A stretch of 64,000 nucleotides of DNA from an uncultured Chloroflexia bacterium (GCA_963828165.1 CAWHDR010000001.1:256001-320000), one strand, 5' to 3'; counted from the first letter of the stretch, positions 17,989 to 28,629 are shown. Program-made: numbers and translations. Notes: generated by a model not told the origin, from the sequence alone.

Positions 17989-18022
17989 TAGGCGAACCTC
18001 GAACCCCAGGAGATCGACCGAG

Positions 18023-19642
18023 ATGACCACAACCGAAATCCGACAAGCAGGCCGGCGCGAATGGATCGGACTTGCCGTCCTCGCGCTCGCGTGCCTGCTC
18101 TACGTCATGGACCTGACCGTGCTGCACCTGGCCGTCCCGTCCATCAGCGAGGACCTCAAGCCGAGCAGCGCGCAGCTGCTCTGGATCATCGACATCTACG
18201 GGTTCATGGTCGCTGGGTTCCTCATCACGATGGGCACGCTCGGTGACCGGATCGGTCGACGCAAGCTCCTGCTCATCGGCGCCGCGGCGTTCGGCGCGCT
18301 GTCGCTCCTGGCCGCGTTTTCGACCAGCGCGGAGATGCTGATCGTCAGCCGGGCGCTGCTCGGCATCGCCGGAGCGACACTCGCCCCGTCGACACTGTCG
18401 CTCATCTTCAGCATGTTCCCGGACCCGAAGCAGCGCGCGGTCGCCATCGGCGTCTGGATCTCCGCCTTCTCGGCCGGCAGCGCGATCGGACCGGTGCTGG
18501 GCGGAATCCTGCTCGAGCACTTCTGGTGGGGCTCGGTCTTCCTGCTTGCCCTGCCCGTGATGGTCCTGTTGCTCATCCTCGGTCCCATCGTCCTTCCGGA
18601 GTACCGCGACCCCGATGCGGGGCGCCTCGACCTGGCCAGTGCCGTGATGTCGCTCATTGCCGTATTGGCCGTGATCTTCGGACTCAAGCAGATCGCGCAG
18701 GACGGTTTCGGGCCCCTCCCCGTCTCGAGCGTCCTCCTCGGCATGGGCGTCGGCTTCGTGTGGGTCCGCCGGCAGCTGTCGCTGGCCGACCCGATGATCG
18801 ACCTGCGCCTCTTCCGCATCCCGTCGTTCAGTGCTTCGCTCGTCATCAACTTCCTGGCCATCTTCGTGGCGGTCGGTTACTTCCTGTTCGTGGCCCAGTA
18901 CCTGCAGCTCGTGGTCGGGCTATCGCCGCTCGAGGCGGGTCTGTGGTCCGTGCCCTCCGCGATCGGCTTCATCGTCGGGTCGAACCTGGCTCCGCGGATC
19001 GTCCAGCGCGTGCGAACGGCCTACGTGATGGGCGGCGGGCTGGCGATCGCAGCCGTCGGTCTCGGCGTTCTGACGCAGGTTGGCGGTGTGGACGGCCTGG
19101 CGGTCGTCGTCGCGGGATCCGTCGTCATCTCCCTGGGGCTCGGCCCGGTCCTGGCGTTGACGACCGAGCTGATCGTCGGGTCCGCACCGCCGGAGCGTGC
19201 CGGCGCCGCCTCCGGGATCTCCGAGACCGGCGCCGAGCTCGGTGGAGCGCTCGGGATCTCGATCCTGGGCAGCATCGGGATCGCCATCTATCGGAATGAT
19301 GTGGCGAGCGGGCTCCCGGCCGGCGTGCCGGCGGAAGCCGCGACCATCGCCCGCGACACGCTCGGCGGTGCGGTGGGTGTTGCGGAACAGCTCCCAGGGC
19401 AGCTGGGCGTGACCGTGCTCGAGGTCGCTCGGGAGGCGTTCGTCCAGGGGATGCAGGTGGCCGCCGGCATCAGCGCCGTCATGGCCATCGCGGTCGCCGT
19501 CGTAGCCTTGATCGTCCTGCGCGACATGACGTCCAGCGGGGAGTCCGGAACACCGGCCGAGACAGACACGGACGGACCCGTGGACGCCGGTGGCAAGCGT
19601 CGCAAGGTGCTGAGCACAGGCTCCGCCCCGTCGGGCGCGTGA
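18023..19642 (+). CDS. MFS drug:H+ antiporter (DHA2, SmvA/QacA-like)
   Basis: MDLTVL, GTLGDRIGRRK, GPVLGG, about 14 TM; AGGAG RBS. Confidence 0.92.
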   Translation: MTTTEIRQAGRREWIGLAVLALACLLYVMDLTVLHLAVPSISEDLKPSSAQLLWIIDIYGFMVAGFLITMGTLGDRIGRRKLLLIGAAAFGALSLLAAFSTSAEMLIVSRALLGIAGATLAPSTLSLIFSMFPDPKQRAVAIGVWISAFSAGSAIGPVLGGILLEHFWWGSVFLLALPVMVLLLILGPIVLPEYRDPDAGRLDLASAVMSLIAVLAVIFGLKQIAQDGFGPLPVSSVLLGMGVGFVWVRRQLSLADPMIDLRLFRIPSFSASLVINFLAIFVAVGYFLFVAQYLQLVVGLSPLEAGLWSVPSAIGFIVGSNLAPRIVQRVRTAYVMGGGLAIAAVGLGVLTQVGGVDGLAVVVAGSVVISLGLGPVLALTTELIVGSAPPERAGAASGISETGAELGGALGISILGSIGIAIYRNDVASGLPAGVPAEAATIARDTLGGAVGVAEQLPGQLGVTVLEVAREAFVQGMQVAAGISAVMAIAVAVVALIVLRDMTSSGESGTPAETDTDGPVDAGGKRRKVLSTGSAPSGA

Positions 19643-19706
19643 TCCACCTCTCCCGCTCGGCGACGGCGCCAGGGCTGCCGCAGACCGACCCGGGTAGAAT
19701 CGGTCG

Positions 19707-20717
19707 ATGACCGAACTTGCAGCCCCGATCGTCGCGACGCAGACCGTTCCACCGGCAGCGGCAGACGGCATCGAGCTCCAGCTGGAGCAGCATCGCGTGG
19801 AGCTGACCGCCTATTGCTACCGGATGCTCGGTTCGGCGTTCGAGGCGGAGGACGCCGTCCAGGAAACGATGATCCGGGCCTGGAAGGCGATCGATCGGTT
19901 CGAGGGACGAGCGGCGCTACGCTCGTGGCTCTATCGCATCGCGACGAACGTCTGTCTCGACATGCTCAACGGCCGTGCGCGGCGAGCCCGGCCCATGGAC
20001 CTCGCCCCGGCCAAGTCGGCGGACACCCCGCTCGGGGCGGCGCTGTCCGACGGTGCGTGGGTCGAGCCGATGCCCGACAGCCGGATCGTCCCGGTCGGGG
20101 GCGATCCCGCCGACATGATGGTGCTGCGCGAATCGATCCGCCTGGCTTTCGTGGCCGCGTTGCAGCACCTGCCGCCCCGGCAGCGAGCCGTGCTGATCCT
20201 TCGGGAGGTCCTCCAGTGGCAGGCGACGGAGGTCGCGGAGCTCCTCGACACGTCGGTGGCATCGGTCAACAGCGCGCTCCAACGAGCGCGAGCCACGCTC
20301 GCGACGAAGGACGCCGCCGAGACGCCGTCCCAGCCGACGGATGACCAGCAACGCGCCCTCCTGGCCCGCTATGTCGACGCCTTTGAGCGCTACGACCTCG
20401 ACTCGCTCACAGCCCTTCTGCACGAGGATGCCAGCTGGTCGATGCCGCCGTACGAGCTCTGGCTGCAGAGCCACATCGACATCCGCAAGTGGTGCCTGGG
20501 ACCGGGCATCGCCTGTCGCGGCTCGCGCCTGATCCCGACCGTGGCGAACGGATCGCCTGCGTTCGGGCAGTACAAGCCGAGCCCGGATGGTGGCTTCGAC
20601 CCGTGGTCGCTCCAAGTGCTGGACATCAAGGACGACCGGATCAACGGGATCATCTTCTTCCTGGACACCCCGAACTTCTTCCCGCTCTTCGGACTGCCGC
20701 CCCGCCTCGAGGCGTGA
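19707..20717 (+). CDS. ECF sigma factor with C-terminal SnoaL-like extension (ECF56/SigG-like)
   Basis: AEDAVQET, WLYRIATN, LPPRQRAVLILR, SVNSALQRAR, WSMPP, ANGSPAF; TAGAAT 6 nt before the ATG (leaderless). Confidence 0.9.
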   Translation: MTELAAPIVATQTVPPAAADGIELQLEQHRVELTAYCYRMLGSAFEAEDAVQETMIRAWKAIDRFEGRAALRSWLYRIATNVCLDMLNGRARRARPMDLAPAKSADTPLGAALSDGAWVEPMPDSRIVPVGGDPADMMVLRESIRLAFVAALQHLPPRQRAVLILREVLQWQATEVAELLDTSVASVNSALQRARATLATKDAAETPSQPTDDQQRALLARYVDAFERYDLDSLTALLHEDASWSMPPYELWLQSHIDIRKWCLGPGIACRGSRLIPTVANGSPAFGQYKPSPDGGFDPWSLQVLDIKDDRINGIIFFLDTPNFFPLFGLPPRLEA

Positions 20718-20724
20718 GATCGCG

Positions 20725-21066
20725 TCAGGCCGTTCCGAGGAGGTCGTCGAGCCCCACGAAGCACATCAGCGCTCGCAGCTCTGGCGAGACACCGCGCAGG
20801 AGAAGGCGTCGGCCGGCGCGCTTGGCGGTCAATCGCACGCGAGCCAGGGCATCGACCGCAACGCAGTCAGGGTCGGCCAGGCTGGCGACGTCACACACGA
20901 CGAGCTCAGCGTCGCTCGCAACCACGGCGAGCTGAACGCGCGCACACAGCGCGGGGATGTCGGCGCGATCGATGCGACCGCCGATCTCGACGACGATCGC
21001 GCTCGGAGCGGCCTTCGGTCGCAGGGGACGCTTGGTGCCCGGCGCCAATTCCTCGGGGGCGACCAA
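20725..21066 (-). CDS. STAS domain protein
   Basis: VVCDVASL.DPD..AVDALAR..L..R, LRALM.FVGL; TTG after AAGGAA; start uncertain. Confidence 0.75.
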   Translation of the reverse strand: MVAPEELAPGTKRPLRPKAAPSAIVVEIGGRIDRADIPALCARVQLAVVASDAELVVCDVASLADPDCVAVDALARVRLTAKRAGRRLLLRGVSPELRALMCFVGLDDLLGTA

Positions 21067-21139
21067 CAGCGGGTTCCTTCCGTGCTCCTGGCGATGAGGT
21101 TCGGAGGCGCCGACGAGTGATCTCGTCGGGCGCCACTTA

Positions 21140-21170
21140 CTAAGACCGCCCATCGAGCCGAAACTCATCG
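21140..21170 (-). promoter_or_regulatory. ECF56/SigG-type promoter of the STAS gene
   Basis: Minus strand reads CGATGA-gtttcggctcgatgggcg (18 nt)-GTCTTAG. Confidence 0.7.
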
Positions 21171-21196
21171 GTGCGCGCAGGATCAGGGCTCGACCG

Positions 21197-24100
21197 TCAG
21201 GCCTCGAGGATCTCGACCGAGTCCTGGATCAGGGGCAGTCGGACCGTGAAGGTCGTATCGCCGACCTCGCTCGCGACGGTGATGTTGCCGCCGTGCTGCT
21301 CGACGATGTGCCGGGTCCCAGCGAGTCCGATGCCACTGCCGCTGACCGTTCCCGCCGTGTTCGACGCTCGGTAGTAGGGCTCGAAGACGCGATCGACCTC
21401 GGCGGGCGGGATACCGATCCCGTTGTCCCGCACGACGAGGATCGCCCACTCCTGGTGGCCGATCTGATCCTGCCTGACCTGGAGGGTGATCTCGCCGCCT
21501 TTGGGGCTGTACTTCACGGCATTGGAGATGAGGTTGCCGACGATCCGCTCGATGCGGGCCTCGTCCCAGTCGCCGAGCACGCGCGGGATCTCGGTTTCCA
21601 GGGTGATCGTATGGCGCGGACTGATCTTCTGGTACTCGGTAGCAAGCCGGCGCACGATCCTGACAAGGTCCGCCGGGCCGACGTCGAGCTCCAGCTCGTG
21701 GCCCATCCGCAGTCGCGTGAGGTCAAGAAGCTCATCGACCAGGCGCACGAGCTGCGCCGTGCTCTCGTCGATGACTTCGAGGCCTTCCGCGATCTGCGCC
21801 GATCCTTCGTCGCCCCGCGAGACCGCGCGCTGGAGGAGATTGGCATTGCCCTTGATGATCGTCGCCGGCGTCTTGAGGTCGTGGGAGATCGCCGCGAGGA
21901 ATTCGTCCTTCTGACGATCGAGATCGCGCAGCGGGCTGATGTCCTGGAAGACCGCGACACCCCCTGCTGGATGGCCCTGTCCATCGCTCAACGGCGCGCT
22001 GTTCACGAGGATGGGCACGTCCTGGCCGGTGATCGAATTGGTGATGACGAGCTGCTCGCCCCGCACCACTTCGCTGTGGAAGACCGCCCGCGCCAAGGGA
22101 TGATCCGCCGTGACATGCGCGCCAACCTCGGCTCGCCGCGTGCCGGGGGCACCGTCCACCATGGTCCCGACCGATTCGGGGACAGTGCCCATGATCTCGG
22201 CGGCCGCTGCGTTGCTCAGGTAGACCCGCCCGGTCGCGTCGGCGATGAGGATCGCCTCGGGCATCACGTCGACGACCTGCCGCAGGCGGGCCAGGCCGTA
22301 TTCGGCTTCCGCGCGGGCCGCCTGCTCCTGCACGAGGTCCTCGGCCCGCATGTTCGCCGTGATGGTGCTCAGGACGATCCCGATGCTCTCCCCCAGCTGG
22401 TCCAGGAAGGCGATCTGGATATCGCTGAGATCCTCGATGGATGCGAGCTCGATCACGGCGCGCGTCTCGTCCTCGAACAGGATGGGAAGGAGGACGATGG
22501 ATCGGGGCGTCGCGCCGCCCAGCGCCGAAGAGATCGATGCGTAGTCAGGCGGAACGTCATGAAGATGGATCCGCCGGCGGTCCTCGGCAGCCTGGCCCAG
22601 CAGGCCCTCGCCGAACCTGATCATCTCCGGCGGCTCCGGGGAGATGTGGCGCGGATAGGTCGCCAGCAGGCCGAGTCGGGACGGCTCGCCATCGAGGTTC
22701 GCGAGGTAGAACACGCCGCGCTGGACACCGACCAGCGGGGCCAGCTCGGTCAGGATCAGCCGGCCGACCATCTGGAGGTCGCGTTGGCCCTGGAGCAGCT
22801 GACCGAATCGCGCGATGTTCGTCTTGAGCCAGTCGCTCTCCCGGTTCCGCTGCGTCGTCTCGCGCAGGTTCCTGATCATCTCGTTGACGTCGTCCTTCAG
22901 GAGCGCGACCTCGCCTTGCGCATGAACCTGGACGGATCGGGAGAGGTCCCCGCGGGTCACCGCGGTGGCGACCTCGCCGATCGCCCGCACCTGGGTCGTG
23001 AGATTCGCGGCGAGCTGGTTGACCGAGTCGGTCAGGTCCTTCCAGGTCCCGCCCACGCCGCGGACGTCGGCCTGACCGCCGAGCTTGCCTTCGGTGCCGA
23101 CCTCCCGGGCGACGCGCGTGACCTCGCTGGCAAAGGCGTTGAGCTGGTCGACCATGGTGTTGATCGTGTCCTTGAGCTCGAGGATCTCGCCGCGGGCATC
23201 GACGGTGATCTTCTTGGAGAGGTCGCCATTGGCGACGGCGGTCGTCACGTCGGCGATGTTGCGGACCTGGCCGGTCAGGTTGCCCGCCATCGAGTTCACG
23301 TTGTCGGTCAGGTCCTTCCATGTGCCGGCCACGCCCGGGACGTCAGCTTCGCCGCCGAGCTTGCCTTCGGTGCCGACCTCGCGGGCGACGCGCGTGACCT
23401 CGCTGGCGAACGCGTTGAGCTGGTCGACCATCACGTTGATGGTGTTCTTCTGCTCGAGGAACTCGCCGCGGACGTCGACCGTGATCTTCTTGCTCAGGTC
23501 GCCCCGGGCGACCGCCATCGTCACCTCGGCGATGTTGCGGGCGCGGGCGGTGAGGTTGAGGGACATCGTGTTGACGTTGTCGGTCAGGTCCTTCCAGGTC
23601 CCGGCGACGCCGCGGACATCGGCCTGGCCGCCGAGCTTGCCCTCCGTGCCCACCTCATGTGCCACGCGGGTCACTTCGCCCGCGAGCAAGTTGAGCTGGT
23701 CGACCATCGTGTTGATCGTGTTCTTGAGCTCGAGGATCTCGCCCTGCACGTCCACGGTGATCTTCTTGGAGAGGTCACCCTTGGCGACGGCGGTGGTCAC
23801 CTCGGCGATGTTGCGGACCTGCGCGGTCAGGTTGCCTGCCATCGAGTTGACTGAATCGGTGAGGTCCTTCCACGTCCCGCCGACGCCGTGGACGTCGGCC
23901 TGGCCACCGAGCTTTCCCTCCGTGCCAACCTCTCTGGCGACGCGCGTGACTTCGCTCGCGAACGCGTTGAGCTGGTCGACCATCGTGTTGATCGTGTCGG
24001 CCAGTCGCTTGTACTCGCCCTTGAGCGGCTGACCATCGATCTCCATCGCCATCCGCTGCGACAGATCGCCCCGGGCTACCGCATCCATCACGCGACTGAT

Positions 24101-24463
24101 CTCGAGCATCGGCTCGGTCAGGTCGAAGACCAGCTGATTGACCGCCGCCTCGTTGCGCGCCCAGCTTCCCGCCGGCCCGATCGAGACACGGTGGCTGATC
24201 CGGCCCTCACGTCCGACCGCACGGCTGATCCGGCGCAGCTCCTGCGCGGTGCGCTGGTTCAGCTCGACGATGTCGTTGAAGGCCTCGGCGACGGCTCCCG
24301 CCATGCCGGCCTCCCCTTCCGGCAGGCGGACACGGAGGTCGCCGTTGCGCAGCGCCCGGAGCGCACTGAGCAGGGCCGCGCCATCAAGCCCGTCGTGCTG
24401 CCGTGCGGCCGTCTCGTCATTGGTGACGCGCTGCAAGCTCCGAATCTCGTACGCACCTTCCAT
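21197..24463 (-). CDS. Soluble poly-HAMP/GAF/PAS histidine kinase without receiver domain
   Basis: 92-aa repeats [18 protein letters not shown]; GAF; PAS; SHDLKTP, NAVKY, DNGIG, GIGL. Confidence 0.92.
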   Translation of the reverse strand: MEGAYEIRSLQRVTNDETAARQHDGLDGAALLSALRALRNGDLRVRLPEGEAGMAGAVAEAFNDIVELNQRTAQELRRISRAVGREGRISHRVSIGPAGSWARNEAAVNQLVFDLTEPMLEISRVMDAVARGDLSQRMAMEIDGQPLKGEYKRLADTINTMVDQLNAFASEVTRVAREVGTEGKLGGQADVHGVGGTWKDLTDSVNSMAGNLTAQVRNIAEVTTAVAKGDLSKKITVDVQGEILELKNTINTMVDQLNLLAGEVTRVAHEVGTEGKLGGQADVRGVAGTWKDLTDNVNTMSLNLTARARNIAEVTMAVARGDLSKKITVDVRGEFLEQKNTINVMVDQLNAFASEVTRVAREVGTEGKLGGEADVPGVAGTWKDLTDNVNSMAGNLTGQVRNIADVTTAVANGDLSKKITVDARGEILELKDTINTMVDQLNAFASEVTRVAREVGTEGKLGGQADVRGVGGTWKDLTDSVNQLAANLTTQVRAIGEVATAVTRGDLSRSVQVHAQGEVALLKDDVNEMIRNLRETTQRNRESDWLKTNIARFGQLLQGQRDLQMVGRLILTELAPLVGVQRGVFYLANLDGEPSRLGLLATYPRHISPEPPEMIRFGEGLLGQAAEDRRRIHLHDVPPDYASISSALGGATPRSIVLLPILFEDETRAVIELASIEDLSDIQIAFLDQLGESIGIVLSTITANMRAEDLVQEQAARAEAEYGLARLRQVVDVMPEAILIADATGRVYLSNAAAAEIMGTVPESVGTMVDGAPGTRRAEVGAHVTADHPLARAVFHSEVVRGEQLVITNSITGQDVPILVNSAPLSDGQGHPAGGVAVFQDISPLRDLDRQKDEFLAAISHDLKTPATIIKGNANLLQRAVSRGDEGSAQIAEGLEVIDESTAQLVRLVDELLDLTRLRMGHELELDVGPADLVRIVRRLATEYQKISPRHTITLETEIPRVLGDWDEARIERIVGNLISNAVKYSPKGGEITLQVRQDQIGHQEWAILVVRDNGIGIPPAEVDRVFEPYYRASNTAGTVSGSGIGLAGTRHIVEQHGGNITVASEVGDTTFTVRLPLIQDSVEILEA
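22900..24000 (-). repeat. 276-bp intragenic tandem repeat (about 4 units) encoding HAMP pairs
   Basis: GAGCTGGTCGACCAT recurs at 23141, 23417, 23693 and 23969; ends approximate. Confidence 0.9.
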
Positions 24464-24592
24464 CGGCCCTGTCGGGTGCGAACGAATGTAGCGGCTTACC
24501 GCCGCCCCTCACCTTGCAAGGCCGTTACTGCCGGGGAGGGTTCTGTCACAAGCTCGCGCGAGGTGTGGGCTCGAGGCGCGCCAGGTTGCCGA

Positions 24593-25633
24593 TCACGGAG
24601 CGGCGATGGCCGAGCGGAGGTGTTCCGCGGCCTGCTCGGCGGTGAGGTCGCGCTGGGTCTCCGCGAGAAGCTCGTACCCGACCATGAACTTCCGCTTGCT
24701 CGCGGTGAGCAGCGGCGGGAAGAAGTGAGCGTGGAGCTGCCAGTGAGGCTCGGGGCCCCCACGGAACGGTGCCTGGTGCCAACCCATGGAATACGGGAAC
24801 GAGAGGCTGAACAGGCGATCGTAAGCGCCCAGCAGCTGGATCACTGCGGCGGCCAACGAATCGCGCCGTGCATCGTCCAGATCGGGCAACCGCTGCGTCG
24901 GCTGCTTCGGGACCAGCAACGTCTCGTACGGCCACGCGGCCCAGAACGGGACCAACACCGACCAATCGGCATCTTCGAACAAGATCCTGGGTCCGCCCGC
25001 CTCCTGGGCGATGTAGTCCAGCAGCAAGGGCTCGCCGCGACCCCGAAGGTGCTCGAGCTGGGTCCGATCCTCGCGCGCCGCGACGTGCGGCAACGCGCTC
25101 CCGGCCCAGATCTGGCCGTGGGGATGCGGGTTGGACGCACCCATGGCCTCGCCCCGGTTTTCGAACACCTGGACCCATTGGAACCGCTCGCCGAGCTCGG
25201 CGGTCTGGTCGGCCCAGAGTTCCACGACCGTGCGGACAGCGCCCCGGTCCATCGCCGCAAGCGTGAGGTCGTGACGGCGAGAGAAGCACAGGACCCGGCA
25301 GGTCCCTGCCTCGACCTCGGCGCGCAGCAGGCCTTCGGCCAGGCGTCGGTCGGGCGAGTCGGGCCGCAACGCGGCGAAGTCGTTGGTGAAGACGTAGGTC
25401 TGCTCGTAGTCGGGGTTCACCGCGCCGTTGGCCCGGCGGTTGCCCGGGCAGAGATAGCACGTCGGGTCGTACGCCATGGCGGGTGCGCCAGGCGGCACCT
25501 CCTCCTTGCCCTGCCACGGCCGCTGCGTCCGCCCGGCGGAAACGAGCAGCCATTCGTCGAGGAGCGGGTTATAGCGCCGGTGCGGATGGTCGCTCAGCTG
25601 CGCGATGGGATCGCCCGATCGGGTGACGCTCAC
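24593..25633 (-). CDS. galT: Galactose-1-phosphate uridylyltransferase
   Basis: HRRYNPL, RPWQG, CYLCPGN, FENRG..MGASNPHPHGQ, KFMVGYE. Confidence 0.97.
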   Translation of the reverse strand: MSVTRSGDPIAQLSDHPHRRYNPLLDEWLLVSAGRTQRPWQGKEEVPPGAPAMAYDPTCYLCPGNRRANGAVNPDYEQTYVFTNDFAALRPDSPDRRLAEGLLRAEVEAGTCRVLCFSRRHDLTLAAMDRGAVRTVVELWADQTAELGERFQWVQVFENRGEAMGASNPHPHGQIWAGSALPHVAAREDRTQLEHLRGRGEPLLLDYIAQEAGGPRILFEDADWSVLVPFWAAWPYETLLVPKQPTQRLPDLDDARRDSLAAAVIQLLGAYDRLFSLSFPYSMGWHQAPFRGGPEPHWQLHAHFFPPLLTASKRKFMVGYELLAETQRDLTAEQAAEHLRSAIAAP

Positions 25634-25661
25634 GTTGGATCTCCAGACGTAGAGATCGGTT

Positions 25662-25698
25662 GCAGGGCCGGCACTGGAGGAGCGAGCGCCGGCCCTGC
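25662..25698 (-). terminator. Stem-loop between GH43 and galT
   Basis: 11-bp inverted repeat GCAGGGCCGGC/GCCGGCCCTGC. Confidence 0.45.
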
Positions 25699-25703
25699 GA
25701 GGA

Positions 25704-27605
25704 TCAACGGCGAACGCCGGACAGGGTCACGTGGTCGAACTCGGCCTCGAAGCCCGAGCCGCCCATCGACACCAGTCCGATGCGCGCGTCGCTGCCAAGG
25801 TGATGCGTCCACGTCCCGCCGCGCGTCCAGGTGACGCCGTCGAGGCTCGTATACGCCGTGTATCGCTCGGGGCCGCCGTAGGGCCCGGCGGCGGTATGCG
25901 GCCCTTCGTTTCTCTTCACGATCCGCAGCCACGTCGACTCGCCGGGCGCACCGACGACGGTGTTCCCGTAGCGCGGATAGCCGGCGGGAACGGGGAACAG
26001 CTCCTTCGCGAACTCGGTCTGGCGCGTGTTCCAGATCGAGACGTGTACGAGCTTGGTGAAGTTGTCGTCATCGTCGTAGACCACGAGTCCCGCCTGGACG
26101 AAGTTGAAGCAGCAGCCCTCGGCGGGAACGGTCAGCCGGACCTTGGTTTCGACCACCCAGTCGTCGGCGGTCACGTCGCGCGTCAGGACCGACGCGTTGT
26201 TCGAGCCCTCGAACAGGTCGGCGGCCTGGGTCTCCATCGAGAACTGGCCCCCGCCAACGCCGTAGGTGTCCGCAGCCGGTTCGCGTACCCAGGACCATTC
26301 CGGTCCGAGGCTCGACCCATCGAAGGTCTCGCGCCAGATGGTCGCGCCGGGCCGGTCGTCGCGGACCTTCGGCGCGTGATACGTCGACTTGTCGCCCGGC
26401 TGCGCGGCCGGCGCCTTGACCGGCGTGTCCGAGGCCCAGGCGCCACCGCGAACCGTTGGCCATGCGTCGATCCAGTCGAGGGGATCGAGCAATGCGGGGC
26501 GCTTCGTGAACCCGACGGCTCCCTCGAAATAGGGCTCGTTCACGTCGATGGCGTGATAGATCGTCCACCACTGGCCGGCGAGGTCCTGGAAGACCGTGTT
26601 GTGGCCGGGCCCCACCCAGCGGTTCCCGTTCATGCTGATGACGGGCGTGCCGCCGACCCGTCCGGTCGTGGGGTCGGCTTCGTTCGGGCCCTCGTTGTCA
26701 TTGAGCGAGACACCGTCGCGATCGACGAACGGTCCCGTGGGGCTGGTCGAACGACCGACGAACACGCTGTAGCCCGTCAGCGGGCCTCGGCAGCAATCGG
26801 TGGCCGAGACGAACAGGTAGTAGTGATCGCCATGCCGCTCGACCTCCGCGCCTTCGAACTTGTTCGCGACGGCGACGTTCGTCTGCGTGGCGGGATCCGT
26901 CGTGAGGCCGGTCTCGGCCAGGACGCGGACCGAGATCCCACCGAAATACGAGCCGTAGTAGAGGTAGTCGAGCCCATCGGTCCGGAGGACCTCCGGATCG
27001 AAGACCCAGCGCCGGGAATCGGGGCCGCAGCAATCGGCGCCGTGGGGCTCCACGGCCGGGGCGGCCTGGTGGCTCCAGGGCCCGAGCGGCGTCGGAGCAG
27101 TGGCCACCCCGATCGCGCTGCCGCCCCCGGGCAGCGTCGTGTCGGTGACGGTGTAGTACAGGTGGTACGAGCCGGTCTCCGGGTAATAGGCGATCTCCGG
27201 CGCCCACAGGCCGGCGGTGGCGGTGGCGTATGCGGGCCGTGTCGAGAAGGCATCGCCCTCGTACGTCCAGTTCACGAGGTCGATCGATGACAGCATCGGG
27301 ATCAATCGGAACCGGAAATCGCCGTTCGCCAGCCGATCCTCGTCGTTGAGCGGGTCCGTGGTGCAGTACATGTACCAGCGGCCCTCGCCCTCCTGGCCCT
27401 GGATCACCGTCGGATCGGCGCAGCTCTCGACGATGCCATCACCCGGCACGATCGGCTCGAGCGGATTGCGATACGTGCCGGTGCCGGCTGCCCCGACCGA
27501 CGCCGTCAATGGCGCCACCAGCGAACCTCCAAGCGCGAGGGCCACGAGACGAGCGACCGTCCGCGTCCGGCGCGACCGGATCGATGGATGCAGCACTGTC
27601 ATCAC
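25704..27605 (-). CDS. Secreted GH43 glycoside hydrolase with C-terminal beta-sandwich
   Basis: Signal peptide; CADP, WAPE, FDP, FEG, GPGHN. Confidence 0.9.
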   Translation of the reverse strand: MMTVLHPSIRSRRTRTVARLVALALGGSLVAPLTASVGAAGTGTYRNPLEPIVPGDGIVESCADPTVIQGQEGEGRWYMYCTTDPLNDEDRLANGDFRFRLIPMLSSIDLVNWTYEGDAFSTRPAYATATAGLWAPEIAYYPETGSYHLYYTVTDTTLPGGGSAIGVATAPTPLGPWSHQAAPAVEPHGADCCGPDSRRWVFDPEVLRTDGLDYLYYGSYFGGISVRVLAETGLTTDPATQTNVAVANKFEGAEVERHGDHYYLFVSATDCCRGPLTGYSVFVGRSTSPTGPFVDRDGVSLNDNEGPNEADPTTGRVGGTPVISMNGNRWVGPGHNTVFQDLAGQWWTIYHAIDVNEPYFEGAVGFTKRPALLDPLDWIDAWPTVRGGAWASDTPVKAPAAQPGDKSTYHAPKVRDDRPGATIWRETFDGSSLGPEWSWVREPAADTYGVGGGQFSMETQAADLFEGSNNASVLTRDVTADDWVVETKVRLTVPAEGCCFNFVQAGLVVYDDDDNFTKLVHVSIWNTRQTEFAKELFPVPAGYPRYGNTVVGAPGESTWLRIVKRNEGPHTAAGPYGGPERYTAYTSLDGVTWTRGGTWTHHLGSDARIGLVSMGGSGFEAEFDHVTLSGVRR

Positions 27606-27621
27606 GCCTCCTCCTCCGTCG

Positions 27622-28629
27622 TCAGCTCGCGACCGGCGTCCGGTCTTCGATCGGTTCGGGTTCCATCGATTCGATGCCGGCGAGGTCGTACTCGATCCGG
27701 AGCCCGAGGTCCTGGGGGTAGTTGCCGAACTCGCGCCCGAATAGGTTCATGCCCCCGACGTTCTGGGCGTCCGGGCGGACACCGATGCGGATCGTGATCG
27801 GGTCGCTGCGACGCAGCCCGAGGGCGGCGATATCGACGCCGGACAGAGCCAGCCCGTCGATGGACGTCCCGGCCGGGGATACCCGCCAGCGCTTGAGGAC
27901 GCCGAACTGCGAGTCCTTTTCCTCCCACCAGCTCGGGGTGAGCCGTCCGCGGACGCCGCCGAAATCCGCCGGACAGGTCCACTCACCGAGATGGATCCCG
28001 TTGATCCACACGCTGATATCACTCGGCCAGTCGGGGTCGTGGAGGGGTGCCTCGCTGCACACCTCCGCCGTTAGCTGCAGGGACAGGACGTGCGCCCCGG
28101 GCGGGACGCGATTGGGGAACCGGTACTCCACGTAGCCCACACGGAACCAGAGCAGCTGCGCCCGGACCCGGTCGGGCTCGTAGAACGAGTTGGGGTCGTC
28201 GAGATACCCGATCAGGCCGTCCGACGTCGCGAGGCCACAAGTCGGCTCCACGTTGAAATCGGAGTAGCCGCCGATCGGCATCGTGAGCTCGATGGCCTCC
28301 CGCGTGTGGTGCTCCCCACGCGGCAGGTCGATGACCAGTTCGTCGTACGTTCTCGCGCAGACCTTTTGAAGGCCCCGGCTCGCAGGCCGCATCTCCGTAT
28401 GGAGGAGACCAGCCTTCTCCAACACCACGATGTGCATCGTCGCCGTCGACGCGGGCAACCCGAGGTCCGCCGCGATCTGGTTGACCGACACGACCCGGTC
28501 GCCGAGGTATCGCAGGATCGCGATCCGGGTCTCGCTGCCGAGCGCTTTCAGCACGTCGAGTGCCTGGCCATCCGTGCCCGACGCATCAACATGCAGGCTC
28601 TTTCGGGCGATATGGCGCGTGCCGATCAT
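27622..28629 (-). CDS. ArsR-type HTH regulator with large C-terminal domain (COG4189-like)
   Basis: LKALGSETRIAIL..SVNQIA..LEKAGL; PTCGL, EYRFPN, CSEAP..WPSDI, RGRLTP.WW; start uncertain. Confidence 0.82.
   Translation of the reverse strand: MIGTRHIARKSLHVDASGTDGQALDVLKALGSETRIAILRYLGDRVVSVNQIAADLGLPASTATMHIVVLEKAGLLHTEMRPASRGLQKVCARTYDELVIDLPRGEHHTREAIELTMPIGGYSDFNVEPTCGLATSDGLIGYLDDPNSFYEPDRVRAQLLWFRVGYVEYRFPNRVPPGAHVLSLQLTAEVCSEAPLHDPDWPSDISVWINGIHLGEWTCPADFGGVRGRLTPSWWEEKDSQFGVLKRWRVSPAGTSIDGLALSGVDIAALGLRRSDPITIRIGVRPDAQNVGGMNLFGREFGNYPQDLGLRIEYDLAGIESMEPEPIEDRTPVAS

Noticed and set aside
21293-23854. 853-aa plus-strand ORF and other long antisense ORFs (e.g. 28889-31273, 60264-62549, 4226-6091, 23888-25834)
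   Set aside because: Shadow frames opposite well-supported genes; expected at this GC and codon bias; no motifs
22900-24000. Regular repeats as a possible CRISPR array or DGR template
   Set aside because: In-frame 276-bp coding repeats with no spacers, cas genes or reverse transcriptase
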